A DNA stretch of 64,000 nucleotides from Candidatus Binatia bacterium (GTDB taxonomy: Bacteria; Desulfobacterota; Binatia; HRBIN30). Positions 52,551-61,840 of this stretch are shown piece by piece. Both the position numbers and the translations under genes were made by a program. How positions within the stretch are numbered: the stretch's first letter is position 1; the number at the start of each line of letters is the position of its first letter. The notes under the pieces were generated by a model. The model was not told the origin of the DNA and made no database searches. It worked only from the letters and a program-made list of their open reading frames with translations. Where the stretch lies: assembly GCA_038245295.1 (NCBI GenBank), contig JBBRSP010000001.1:224001-288000 (forward strand), read 5' to 3'.

Positions 52551-54755
52551 ATGAACTCAGATTGCGGCGATCGTCGCAGCACCGCGATCGCCGCGCTGCT
52601 TTGCCTCATGTTGTTGGCATCCGCCGCGGCGGCCGAAGTTCGCTTCGTGGCGCCGATCTTCGCGCCGGGGCTGATTTTGCAGCGCGACATGCCGGTGCCC
52701 ATCTGGGGCGCCGCCGACCCGGGCGAGCCGATCACTGTTGCGTTTGCCGGCCAGTCGAAAAGCGTTACCGCCGACAGCGCCGGGCTGTGGCGGGCGATCC
52801 TGGACCCGCTTGCCGCGGGTGGCCCGTTGTTGCTCACGGCGACGGGCCGGACGACAAACGCCAAAGTCGACAACGTTCTGGTCGGCGAGGTTTGGCTGTG
52901 CAGCGGCCAATCCAACATGGTCATTCAGGCCCCGAAGCAGAGTCTCCTCGACCAGCACCCCTTGTTGCATACCTACAGTGCGCGCAACGGATGGCTCATG
53001 CGACCATCGGGGACAGCCTATTGGTTCGGCGTCGCTCTGCAAGAAAAGCTCGGGGTGCCGGTCGCCTTGATCAATGAGGCCGTCAGCAGCACCAGCATTC
53101 GCGGCTGGCTCGGCCCCGATGCGCCGCTGCTCGACCCACGCGTGCGCGATGTGGTCGGCGATATTCCGAGCGGTGGCCGTTATTTCGAAAAGCGCCTGGC
53201 GCCGATTCAAGGATTCGCCATGCGTGGCACGATCTGGTGGCAGGGCGAAGCCGACACGGCGCGCCCGGGGCATTATCTCTTTCTGCTACCGGCGCTGATT
53301 CAGTCGTGGCGCGACGCCTGGGGGCAGGGCGCCTTCCCGTTCATCTTTCTGCAGCTGCCCACCGGTGGAGGCATGAAGCTCAACGAGACTCCCACGGCCT
53401 TACCCGGTAGTGTGCCGTTGTACGATCTCTTCCCGCAGATGCGCGACACCTATACCCAGGCGCTCAGCCTGCCGCAGACCGGGATGATCATCACGCTTGA
53501 TCTCGCCGGCAGCAAACATCCGCGCGATAAGGAGAGTTACGGACGGCGGTTCGGGCAGGTGGCCTTGGGGATGTCCTATGGACAACCTGGGCCATCCTCC
53601 GGGCCCATCTTCGAATCCAAAGCACGCGAGGGAATCGGGATCCGCCTGCGTTACCGCGAGCGCACCGCAACCGGATTGACGGCCCAGGGGGGGCCACTCC
53701 AGGGCTTTGCTTTGGCTGGTCTGGACGGGCAGTGGCAATGGGCCAGCGCCGAGATTCAGGGCGAGGAAGTTGTCGTGTCGAGCGCTGCTGTGCCCGAGCC
53801 GTATTCGGTTCGTTACGCCTGGGGTGATCGTCCGTTATGGGCCAATCTGTTCAATGCTTTGGGCCAATCGGCGGCGCCATTTTCGACGGACTTCGCCTCA
53901 CCGACCCCGAGCCCGACAAGCACGCCGACGCTGAGCCCGACGATCACACCGACGGTGACGGTGACGTCAACGCCGAGTCTGCCCCCGACCCTGACGATGA
54001 CTCCATCGCGCACGCCGACGGTCACTTCGACGGCGACGATCACAGCTACCGTTACATTGACCTGGACGGCGTCTCTTACCCCGCGTGTCAGCTACACCCC
54101 GACCGCGACGCCAACGATCACGCTGACTCCAACGATAACGGGAACCGGCACACCCACCGTGACGAACACCGCCACCCCAACGACGACTCCGACCGAAACA
54201 CCCTCGCCCAGCGTGACGCCAACCCCGCCCCCAACCCCGGTGTGTATGGGCGGCGGACGTCTCCAGAACGTAAAGCTCAAGATTCTACGCAACCGCGACC
54301 CCGGCGGTGACGAGGGGATCCGCTTGAGTGGGACGCTCATGGTCGAGGCGGACTCGGTCGATCCGTCCATCGAGGGCCTTACCATTCACGCCAACGATCC
54401 CGGTGGTCACATATTGTTCCGCTACTACATTCCCGGTGGCGCGAACTGGCGCACGGCGGGCAACCGCACTCGTTCGTGGTGGTTGTACAAAGACCTCAGT
54501 GCCGGCGTTGCGGGTATTCGTAAACTTACGGTCTTCAATGCCGCGGCCGAGCCTGGTGTATACAAGTTCTGGCTGTCGGCCGACAAAGCGGCGTATCAAG
54601 TTCCCTACGCCAGTCTGCCGAGCGAGCTCACCATTGTGCTCGGATCCCTGGAAATGGTCAGCGGGCGCTGTGCCAGTGCCGTTCTTTCGCCGTTCGGCGG
54701 TCCGGCGCCGGCGTGCAAGACCGCTGTAAACGGATCACTGCTCGCCTGCCGCTAG
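52551..54755 (+). CDS. Secreted sialate O-acetylesterase-family protein with Thr/Pro linker and C-terminal domain
   Basis: VGEVWLCSGQSNM, WWQGEAD, HPRDK, VRYAW; long T/P/S-rich linker. Confidence 0.88.
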   Translation: MNSDCGDRRSTAIAALLCLMLLASAAAAEVRFVAPIFAPGLILQRDMPVPIWGAADPGEPITVAFAGQSKSVTADSAGLWRAILDPLAAGGPLLLTATGRTTNAKVDNVLVGEVWLCSGQSNMVIQAPKQSLLDQHPLLHTYSARNGWLMRPSGTAYWFGVALQEKLGVPVALINEAVSSTSIRGWLGPDAPLLDPRVRDVVGDIPSGGRYFEKRLAPIQGFAMRGTIWWQGEADTARPGHYLFLLPALIQSWRDAWGQGAFPFIFLQLPTGGGMKLNETPTALPGSVPLYDLFPQMRDTYTQALSLPQTGMIITLDLAGSKHPRDKESYGRRFGQVALGMSYGQPGPSSGPIFESKAREGIGIRLRYRERTATGLTAQGGPLQGFALAGLDGQWQWASAEIQGEEVVVSSAAVPEPYSVRYAWGDRPLWANLFNALGQSAAPFSTDFASPTPSPTSTPTLSPTITPTVTVTSTPSLPPTLTMTPSRTPTVTSTATITATVTLTWTASLTPRVSYTPTATPTITLTPTITGTGTPTVTNTATPTTTPTETPSPSVTPTPPPTPVCMGGGRLQNVKLKILRNRDPGGDEGIRLSGTLMVEADSVDPSIEGLTIHANDPGGHILFRYYIPGGANWRTAGNRTRSWWLYKDLSAGVAGIRKLTVFNAAAEPGVYKFWLSADKAAYQVPYASLPSELTIVLGSLEMVSGRCASAVLSPFGGPAPACKTAVNGSLLACR

Positions 54756-54815
54756 TCGATTTTCGGTGCCCAGGAAGGACTCCGGCGAGACCAGGGGGAA
54801 TGCAACGGCTTTGTC

Positions 54816-55430
54816 CTACCGCAGCAGTATCGCCAAGGCAGGATCCGCATCCGGCCGCGCCAGTAGGCGATCCAACTCGCGCCGCTCTCGGGGTGTCGGG
54901 CCGTGCCCGTCTCGGACCAGCCGGTTGAAGGTCATCGCACAGTCGTAACGCAGCGCCGTCATCGGGCTTGTCAGGCAGGGCATCAGGGCTGCCCGCACAG
55001 CGTCCGGCCGCGCCGCTTCCGATTGAGCCAGTGCGTGTCGCAAGCTCTGGATGAGCCGCCGCAGGGATGCCGCTTGCGTCGTGTCGGTCAAAAAGACGAC
55101 GCCGCGCGGCATGAGGTTCTGCAGTGCCGCGGCGCGCGACAGGAACAATACGTGGATCTCGCCACGTGCCAGATTGCCATTCGCCGCGATCGCTGTTCGG
55201 TCGATCGCGGTGCCGGAGAGGATGGCGAGCGGTTCGATCGTTGCCGTGTCGTCGTTGGCTAGCTCGAGGATCTTGGCGACGACCACCACGTCGGCACGTT
55301 CGCACAACTCGAGCAGCTGACCGTGTACCATTTCGACGTGCGCCAACGCCGGGCGGAGGCCGAGAACCAGAGTTAGAATGAGTGCCGCGATGCGAATCGG
55401 TGTTATCTCTAGAACCCGACTCGCTGGCAC
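54816..55430 (-). CDS. Hypothetical secreted protein
   Basis: Signal-like RIAALILTLVLGLRPALA; start uncertain (GTG overlapping the upstream gene end). Confidence 0.55.
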   Translation of the reverse strand: MPASRVLEITPIRIAALILTLVLGLRPALAHVEMVHGQLLELCERADVVVVAKILELANDDTATIEPLAILSGTAIDRTAIAANGNLARGEIHVLFLSRAAALQNLMPRGVVFLTDTTQAASLRRLIQSLRHALAQSEAARPDAVRAALMPCLTSPMTALRYDCAMTFNRLVRDGHGPTPRERRELDRLLARPDADPALAILLR

Positions 55431-57148
55431 GCACCATTGGCGGCCGCATCCGCATCTTTGCCGAGCAGCTTCAGGGAATGGCAATTGACGCTGGCAGCCA
55501 CGTTCAGGCCCAACGACAAACTTTCATGATAATGGCTCGGACTGGTTCGGCCCGGGTGGCTCTCGTCGTAGGCGTGGCCCTTGCACACGTCGGTTGCCTC
55601 CTCGTCGATCGATGGCGGCGCATAAAAATCATATCCTGGAACGATGTAGCCGAGCTCGTCGGGAGACAGGCCGAGGAAGAGTTTGTATTTGGCCGACATC
55701 GCATCGGCGATCGCCGGCTCATGTGCGGCGCCGGTGTCGGCGGCGGGGCAGTCGGTACGCTTGTTCCGGCTGATTCCGTAGACGAGCTCGGGGAAGATCT
55801 CGCCTGGGATGGTCAGCAGTTGCACCAGCGGTTTGCCGGCGCGGTCCTTCAAGGTCAGGAGGTGTTGATCGACCGGTGCGCAGAGGGCCGTACCGGCGGG
55901 ACAATGGCTGACATCGAATGCGCTCATGTCGAGATCGAGCAGGCCGATCTGGTTGGCAAACGCGAACAGGTCGTTACTGCCGGGGATGTAGTACGAGTCG
56001 GTCTTGACCTCGACATCGGCGACATCCAGATGATCGCCCTTGGCGAGTGCGCGCAGCACGGCGTCACCCACGAGGTTACCGATCTGTCCGGTGCGGGCGT
56101 AACCGACGGTGTCGCGGGTATCGAACTCGTTGGTGCCGTCAGCGCGCTTGTCGGCGTTGCCGACACAGGTGTCGCCGACAATTTCTGCGGCGCCGAGATC
56201 ACCGGAAAAGTACACTGCCGTGCCGCCGAGCGACTGCTCGACACGTTGCCGAATGAAGTGCGGGAAGTCGGACGAGATCATCTCGTTCTTGCTTTCGAGT
56301 GACTCGGGATGCGTTGCCCAGTTGATCAGCGTCGCCACGGTGGCGCCGTCGTTGCCGACGAATTGTAAAGCTCGCAATTCCTCGTCGAAAAACCACGGTG
56401 GTCGGCAGCCGGTGCGCACCTGCAGGCCCAGTAGTGTCGGGTCGCTGTGCGGGTTCGAGCTGGCAGCGATCACATTGACCGTCTTCATGTTGGCGGCGGC
56501 GCCGGCCTGATTGATGGCCCTCGCCACCATCTTGTCGATGAACTGAAGATAACGCGGAAACTTGCCGTCATCGAACTGTGTCGGGCCCCACAGGCCGAGA
56601 GCGTCCGGGCTCTGGTGATCGTGTGTGCTGCTGTAGAGGATGGCGTCGAGCTTCAAAGCCGGATCAACCATCGCCTCGGCGTGTGCGAAACCGTAGTAGG
56701 CGCCGCGCTTGACCTCGCCGACACTGTCGACGCTGACCAGGGCGATCTTCTTGTGAGGGCCCTGAATGACCAGCGCGCGCGCCCATAGATCATCAAGGAT
56801 GCCCTTGGCGATTCGGTTCTCGCCGAAGCCCGCCATGTAGATGCCGTTGTATTTGTTGCCGCTGCTGTGATCGAGCTCGCCGTTGAATGGATCATCGACG
56901 AAGTGTTCGCCGCGATCGTAGCGACCGTTGCCGTTGTCGTCGGTAAACTCTTCGCCCCAGATGCCCGAGACGGTGACGGCGCCACCCCAATCAGGGTTCT
57001 GGCCGTAAGGTGTGATCTTGATTGCGGCAACGCCGATCGAGATGGGTGAAGCGGCGGTAGCCGAGGTGGTTTCACCGTCATCGCCGCAGGCGGCGACGAA
57101 CACTCCGATGGCCAGCAGCACGAAGCACAGACGAATCGAATGAATCAT
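55409..57148 (-). CDS. Neutral/alkaline ceramidase-like lipoprotein
   Basis: AAC lipobox; DDLWARALV, STHDHQSPD, NWATHPE, SSDFP, IPGEIFPE, DELGYI. Confidence 0.75.
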   Translation of the reverse strand: MIHSIRLCFVLLAIGVFVAACGDDGETTSATAASPISIGVAAIKITPYGQNPDWGGAVTVSGIWGEEFTDDNGNGRYDRGEHFVDDPFNGELDHSSGNKYNGIYMAGFGENRIAKGILDDLWARALVIQGPHKKIALVSVDSVGEVKRGAYYGFAHAEAMVDPALKLDAILYSSTHDHQSPDALGLWGPTQFDDGKFPRYLQFIDKMVARAINQAGAAANMKTVNVIAASSNPHSDPTLLGLQVRTGCRPPWFFDEELRALQFVGNDGATVATLINWATHPESLESKNEMISSDFPHFIRQRVEQSLGGTAVYFSGDLGAAEIVGDTCVGNADKRADGTNEFDTRDTVGYARTGQIGNLVGDAVLRALAKGDHLDVADVEVKTDSYYIPGSNDLFAFANQIGLLDLDMSAFDVSHCPAGTALCAPVDQHLLTLKDRAGKPLVQLLTIPGEIFPELVYGISRNKRTDCPAADTGAAHEPAIADAMSAKYKLFLGLSPDELGYIVPGYDFYAPPSIDEEATDVCKGHAYDESHPGRTSPSHYHESLSLGLNVAASVNCHSLKLLGKDADAAANGACQRVGF

Positions 57149-57195
57149 ACTCGACGGCTTACAAAGATGAGCCGTCGATTGTCAACGTCGACGGC

Positions 57196-57399
57196 CTAAA
57201 GGCGTCTCGGCGCGCCGGGGCGATTGACGAAAACCCAGCGCAAATAGAAGCCAAGTGCGGCGGCCAAGCCAGCGAGCAGGAAGGCTTCCAATGCCCGTCC
57301 TGCATCCGCACCCGCGGCGCGCCATTCGTGCAGCGACAGCAAGGCGAAGAACACGATGGCGATCGAGATAAGGATCTTGTGCGCGGTGAGTAGGCTCAC
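57196..57399 (-). CDS. Small 2-TM hypothetical protein
   Basis: GTG start gives MSLLTAHKILISIAIVFF...ALGFYLRW. Confidence 0.6.
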   Translation of the reverse strand: MSLLTAHKILISIAIVFFALLSLHEWRAAGADAGRALEAFLLAGLAAALGFYLRWVFVNRPGAPRRL

Positions 57400-57508
57400 G
57401 ATTGCCGATCTACACCAGTTCCGGACGGGCAGGAAGTCTTTGATCGCGGTCTCCGCATCACCTCGGCGCATTGACTCCGTCGGCGCGCCGAACCATGTTC
57501 TCGAACTT

Positions 57509-57892
57509 ATGCCGGGAGACTGCAATCGCTGTGGGGCGTGTTGCCGTGTGCTGACGGTTGACCAATCACCGGAAGAGATCGCCGCCATCGCCGCCGTTAC
57601 CGGCGTGCTTGGCATTCCCTCCGATATGGCCTTTGCGGCCGTCCATTGGCATCCGCTGACGCGCCAGGAGGCAATGCAACGCAATCCCCTCTACGTGCGT
57701 AGTCTGGCCGAGTCAGCGCACCTGTACTGGTGTGATCAACTCGGCGCCGACGGGCTTTGCCAGAGCCACGAGACGCGACCAACCGTGTGCCGCGGCTACC
57801 CGTGGTACGATCGGCCGGTTCGCAATATGCCACTCCCCGATCCCGACTGCGGCTATCTCGTTGATCAACTCGAGGGATTTAAAACGCCTTAG
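57509..57892 (+). CDS. YkgJ-family Cys-cluster (zinc/iron-chelating) protein
   Basis: CNRCGACC, CDQL..GLC..HETRPTVCRGYP. Confidence 0.85.
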   Translation: MPGDCNRCGACCRVLTVDQSPEEIAAIAAVTGVLGIPSDMAFAAVHWHPLTRQEAMQRNPLYVRSLAESAHLYWCDQLGADGLCQSHETRPTVCRGYPWYDRPVRNMPLPDPDCGYLVDQLEGFKTP

Positions 57893-57894
57893 GC

Positions 57895-57965
57895 ATCTGG
57901 CCATTTCGCCATTTGGCCATCTCGTCATCTCGTCATCTCGTCATACGTCATCTGGCCATCTCGCC
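57895..57965. repeat. 8-mer tandem repeat AT(C/T)T(G/C)G(C/T)C x9
   Basis: ATCTGGCC ATTTCGCC ATTTGGCC ATCTCGTC x3 ATACGTC ATCTGGCC ATCTCGCC between convergent genes. Confidence 0.85.
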
Positions 57966-58051
57966 CACCAGCTTGGCGTGGTTGCGGCGATAACTAAAGT
58001 CGGGTGCGCTGACGCTGCGCCGCCGCCTTCCAGCCGGGTGTACTCCCTTGA

Positions 58052-59407
58052 TCAGAACGCCAAGGCGCTGGCTTGCGCCGCGCGCAGCTCGTCGAACATC
58101 CGACGACAGCGGCTTTCGTCGGGTGGCGACAAGGGGTCGGCGCGCAAGGCTTCCCAGGCCGGCTCTGGATTGCCCGTGAGCGCTGCCTCGACGACGAGAT
58201 TCTGGATCTCCACTTGCGTCGCCATGAACTCGGCGAGCGGCTGATCGATCGCCGGCACCACCTCGGGCTCGAGGGTGCTTTTGCCCGTCCATGCGGGGAT
58301 CTCGACGACGGCGCCATCCGGCAAGTTCGGCACGTAGCCGCGATTCGGGACGTTGACTGCATCGACGTAGACGCGCTCACCGCTGTGCAGTGCCTCGATG
58401 ATCGGGAAGGCTTGCTCTCCAGAGCGACCCAGCCGGTGCAGCGGCAGGAACGAGCGTCCCGAGCCGTACGCTGTGGCGATCTTGTCGACACGCCCACACA
58501 GGCGCTGATGGAAATCGACAGGCACCGGATGCCAGCCGGCGACCTCCTCTGCAAACGGGACGTATTCGCCGATGTGACTGTCGACCGAAGTCGGCAGGCG
58601 GTCGTACTTCCGAAACATGTGGGCGACCAACGGCGCGTGCAGCTGCTCGACGGCAAGACCCAGCCATGGCACGTCGACGAGGGCTTTCGCGATTCGGGTA
58701 ACCGCCGGTGGGTATTGGAAGTAGCGCCGCTTCCACAATTCTCGGATACGCGGGTAGAGGTCCTCGTCGCTGTCGGCGTGGCGGATATCGTAGAAAAATG
58801 TGAAGTGATTGATGCCGGAAGCCTTCGCGTGGATCTTGCGCGGCGCGATGCGCAACAGCAGGCCGAGCCGGATGATGCCGCCGCCGAACTCGTGGCACAG
58901 CCCGACGTTGCGAATCTTGGTGGCTTGGTTGATCGCCAGAGTGACGCGGCTCATCGGATTCGTCAGGTTGATGAGGTAGGTTTCGGGGCAGTAACGCGCG
59001 ATATTGTCGCAGATCTCCAGGCAGGTTTTGATCGAACGCAGCGAGTGGAAGACCGCGCCGGGACCGCCGTTCTCGCCATTGATCTGCGTTGCGCCGTACT
59101 TGCGAGGGATCTCGTAGTCCTGCTTCCAATACTGGAAACGTCCTACCTCGGTGCTCATGAGACAAAAATCGGCGCCGTCCAATGCGGCCGCCGGATCGAG
59201 TGTGCGCTCGATGCGAATTGGATTGCCGTGTTTCTCGTTGAGCCGCCGCGCCAGGTTGTAGACGACCTCGAGCTTCTCGGCGTTGATGTCGTGCAACATC
59301 ATGAGCGCGCCGCGGAGTTTAGGGCTGTTGATTGCGTCGAGCACCATGACCGGCCCGAAGGACATGCCACCGGCGCCGATCAACGTAATCTTGGGGTGGT
59401 TCTGCAT
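58052..59407 (-). CDS. Family 4 glycoside hydrolase (alpha-galactosidase-like, NAD+/Mn2+-dependent)
   Basis: KITLIGAGG, ALDGADF, GENGGPG, NLTNP, VGLCH, GINHF, HIGEY, NLPDGAVVEIP. Confidence 0.9.
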   Translation of the reverse strand: MQNHPKITLIGAGGMSFGPVMVLDAINSPKLRGALMMLHDINAEKLEVVYNLARRLNEKHGNPIRIERTLDPAAALDGADFCLMSTEVGRFQYWKQDYEIPRKYGATQINGENGGPGAVFHSLRSIKTCLEICDNIARYCPETYLINLTNPMSRVTLAINQATKIRNVGLCHEFGGGIIRLGLLLRIAPRKIHAKASGINHFTFFYDIRHADSDEDLYPRIRELWKRRYFQYPPAVTRIAKALVDVPWLGLAVEQLHAPLVAHMFRKYDRLPTSVDSHIGEYVPFAEEVAGWHPVPVDFHQRLCGRVDKIATAYGSGRSFLPLHRLGRSGEQAFPIIEALHSGERVYVDAVNVPNRGYVPNLPDGAVVEIPAWTGKSTLEPEVVPAIDQPLAEFMATQVEIQNLVVEAALTGNPEPAWEALRADPLSPPDESRCRRMFDELRAAQASALAF

Positions 59408-59559
59408 GGCGCGTTGCTTCTTGCATGCTGCCCCTTGGTGAGCAACCGACGTGCAATACTCCGCTACTTCATCGGCGCGGCTTCGTGCGGGGCAAGAGAA
59501 CGCTCACGGCGCGATGCAAAATCGGATATTCGAACCAGTGGCTCCACCCACCGTGGGAT

Positions 59560-60252
59560 TCAACGCTCGAGCAGCCGCCGCATCAGCACGAGATGGCCCA
59601 GGAGGGCGGCTGGCACGAGCACGCAGGGCAACCAGATATAGGGGAAGTGAGTGATCCACGTGTTGAGCTGTTGCGGTCCGGTGCCGAAGGCGTGAAACGG
59701 CGGCAGTGATGCGATGGCGATGACGACGACGTTCAGGAACAGACCGAGCCCGACGATGTTCCACAAACATACGAGCCGACGGTGTGGCTCGCCATCGAGG
59801 AGCAGGATGGCCAAAGGTAGCGCCGTGAGGCCGCTGACGACATCGAAGTTGTATCCGTGAAAAGACATTTGCACGGGCATGAGTCCGGCGTCGGCAGCAG
59901 CGCTCATCAGTAATTCGAGTGGCAGTCGAAAGGCCTGGAAGCCTACCAGGATCCATAGGGGCAGGCCGTGGGCCAGGCGCCAACCGAAGCTTGACAAGCC
60001 AAGCACGGTTGCCAGGACGACGCCGAAAGGAACCAGCAACAGGAGTGGGGGAGGGCGCAGGTCCCAACGCTGCAGCCATGGCGTTTGTGTTGCGCCGGCC
60101 GTGAGGAACAACCAAAGGATCAGCAGGGCGCCACCGGTAGCCAGAGGTCGCCGGTCGTCGTCACCGAAGAAGAGTTGCGCGCGCGCCTCGCCGACGACCA
60201 ACAGGCTGCTGACAACGATCGCCAGAACTCCCATGCCGTAGGCGACCAACAT
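59560..60252 (-). CDS. Conserved multi-pass membrane protein
   Basis: About 7 TM; LVGFQAFRLPLE, GYNFD, WNIVG, FPYIWLP. Confidence 0.75.
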   Translation of the reverse strand: MLVAYGMGVLAIVVSSLLVVGEARAQLFFGDDDRRPLATGGALLILWLFLTAGATQTPWLQRWDLRPPPLLLLVPFGVVLATVLGLSSFGWRLAHGLPLWILVGFQAFRLPLELLMSAAADAGLMPVQMSFHGYNFDVVSGLTALPLAILLLDGEPHRRLVCLWNIVGLGLFLNVVVIAIASLPPFHAFGTGPQQLNTWITHFPYIWLPCVLVPAALLGHLVLMRRLLER

Positions 60253-60329
60253 GCGCCTGTTGCCTCGCCTGTTCTCCGGCGCGGGTCAAGCGGTTCCCCC
60301 GCCTGCCGCGGTCGTGATACACGCCGCGT

Positions 60330-61643
60330 GTGGCGAGCATCCTGGTGATTGGTGGCGGCATCGCCGGCTTGAGTTGTGCGTGGCGTCTGCAGCAACGGGG
60401 CTATCAGGTCACGGTCCTCGAACGCGAGGTCGCGGCCGGAGGGCGCATGCGCAGCGAAACGCGCGGGCCTTTTGTCATCGATCGCGGCGCACAGTTCATC
60501 GCCTCCGCCTACAAGAACATGCAGGCCCTTGCGGCGGAAGTTGGGTTAGCCGACCAGATCCGTCCGCTGGCGCGCCCGAAGAATGCCGTACTGCGCAAAG
60601 GGCGTTTGGAGAGCGGCGACTACGATCGGCCCGAAGTTCTGCTGCGATCGCGTGCCGTCAGCCTGCTGACCAAACTTCGCCTACCGCGCCTGCCATTCGA
60701 GTTGTGGCGCCATCGTGCCGTGCTGGACCCGTATCATCCGGAGCGTGCTGCCGGACTCGACCGCGAGGACATGGCGACCTACGTGCGTCGAATCCTCGGC
60801 GATGAAGCCCTCGAATACCTCCTTGGCCCGGCCATCTCGTCGACGTTCGACAGCGATCCCGAGGACCTCTCCGGCGTCTTCTTGATGCTCACGGCGACCT
60901 TCGCGATGCGCGGTTTTCGTCTGCAGTCGTTCGTTGGCGGAACCGGGCGACTCACGGCGCATCTGGCGGCGCGGCTCGACGTGCGTGTCGGCTGTGAGGT
61001 GAAGGAACTGCGTACCGATGCCAAGGGAGTGGTGGCGTCGATGGTTACCCTGGAGGGGCCGCAGACGATTGCCGCCGATGCCGCAGTCGTGGCTTTGCCC
61101 GGTTCGTGCGTCAGCGGCGTTTGCGCGACTCTTACCGCCGAGGAGCAGGCTTTCTTCGCCAGCGTTCGATACGTGCGCGGCATCATTGTCTTTCTCATGC
61201 TGGCGGACGCCCCCGCGGCACTCGACTACTATGGCATCGCCTTCCCGCGCTGCGAAGGGCTCGATCTCTACGGCATGGCCGTCGATCATCACAAGGAAGG
61301 TGTGGCGCCGCCGGGCATGGCACTGCTGAACGTCGCGCTCACGGCAAAGACAGCCCAGCGGATGGTGGAGTCTACCGACGACGAGATCATCGCTCTGGTA
61401 TTGGACAACTTAGCTCGCACGCCGATCGGACGTCTGACGCCGATCGATGCGGTCGTCCACCGCTGGGATCCGATGCTGCCGCAATTCTACGCCGGGTATA
61501 CCCAACAACTTGCCGGGTTCGCGACACGCCACGAGCGCTCACCTCGCGCGGCCTTTGCCGGCGATTATCTTATCGGTCCTTACACGGAGATGGCCCTGAC
61601 CAGCGGCCTTCGCGCCGCCGAAGAGATCGAGGATACCATCTAA
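60330..61643 (+). CDS. FAD-dependent oxidoreductase (protoporphyrinogen oxidase/amine oxidase family)
   Basis: VIGGGIAGLSCA, GGRMRS, IDRGAQF, FAGDY..EMALTSG. Confidence 0.9.
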   Translation: MASILVIGGGIAGLSCAWRLQQRGYQVTVLEREVAAGGRMRSETRGPFVIDRGAQFIASAYKNMQALAAEVGLADQIRPLARPKNAVLRKGRLESGDYDRPEVLLRSRAVSLLTKLRLPRLPFELWRHRAVLDPYHPERAAGLDREDMATYVRRILGDEALEYLLGPAISSTFDSDPEDLSGVFLMLTATFAMRGFRLQSFVGGTGRLTAHLAARLDVRVGCEVKELRTDAKGVVASMVTLEGPQTIAADAAVVALPGSCVSGVCATLTAEEQAFFASVRYVRGIIVFLMLADAPAALDYYGIAFPRCEGLDLYGMAVDHHKEGVAPPGMALLNVALTAKTAQRMVESTDDEIIALVLDNLARTPIGRLTPIDAVVHRWDPMLPQFYAGYTQQLAGFATRHERSPRAAFAGDYLIGPYTEMALTSGLRAAEEIEDTI

Positions 61644-61840
61644 GTTCGGCCGGGTGTGTTGAGAAACCCCTTATAATTCAAGGTGGCTTCTGGGAAAGTG
61701 CCGAAAAACGTTGAGTTTAGGTGGCTAGGTGGGGTCATCCCGACCCGTGATCGCGTCTCCTGGGGCTTCCTAGCGCGTCGTTTTGCGTTGGGGCTGGCGC
61801 TCGGGACGGCTCAGAATTGCGACAACGCATGCGCTGCGCC

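Noticed and set aside
57895..57965. 8-mer arrays (also 8678 and 36734) or REP doublets as CRISPR
   Set aside because: Units too short, no unique spacers, no cas genes
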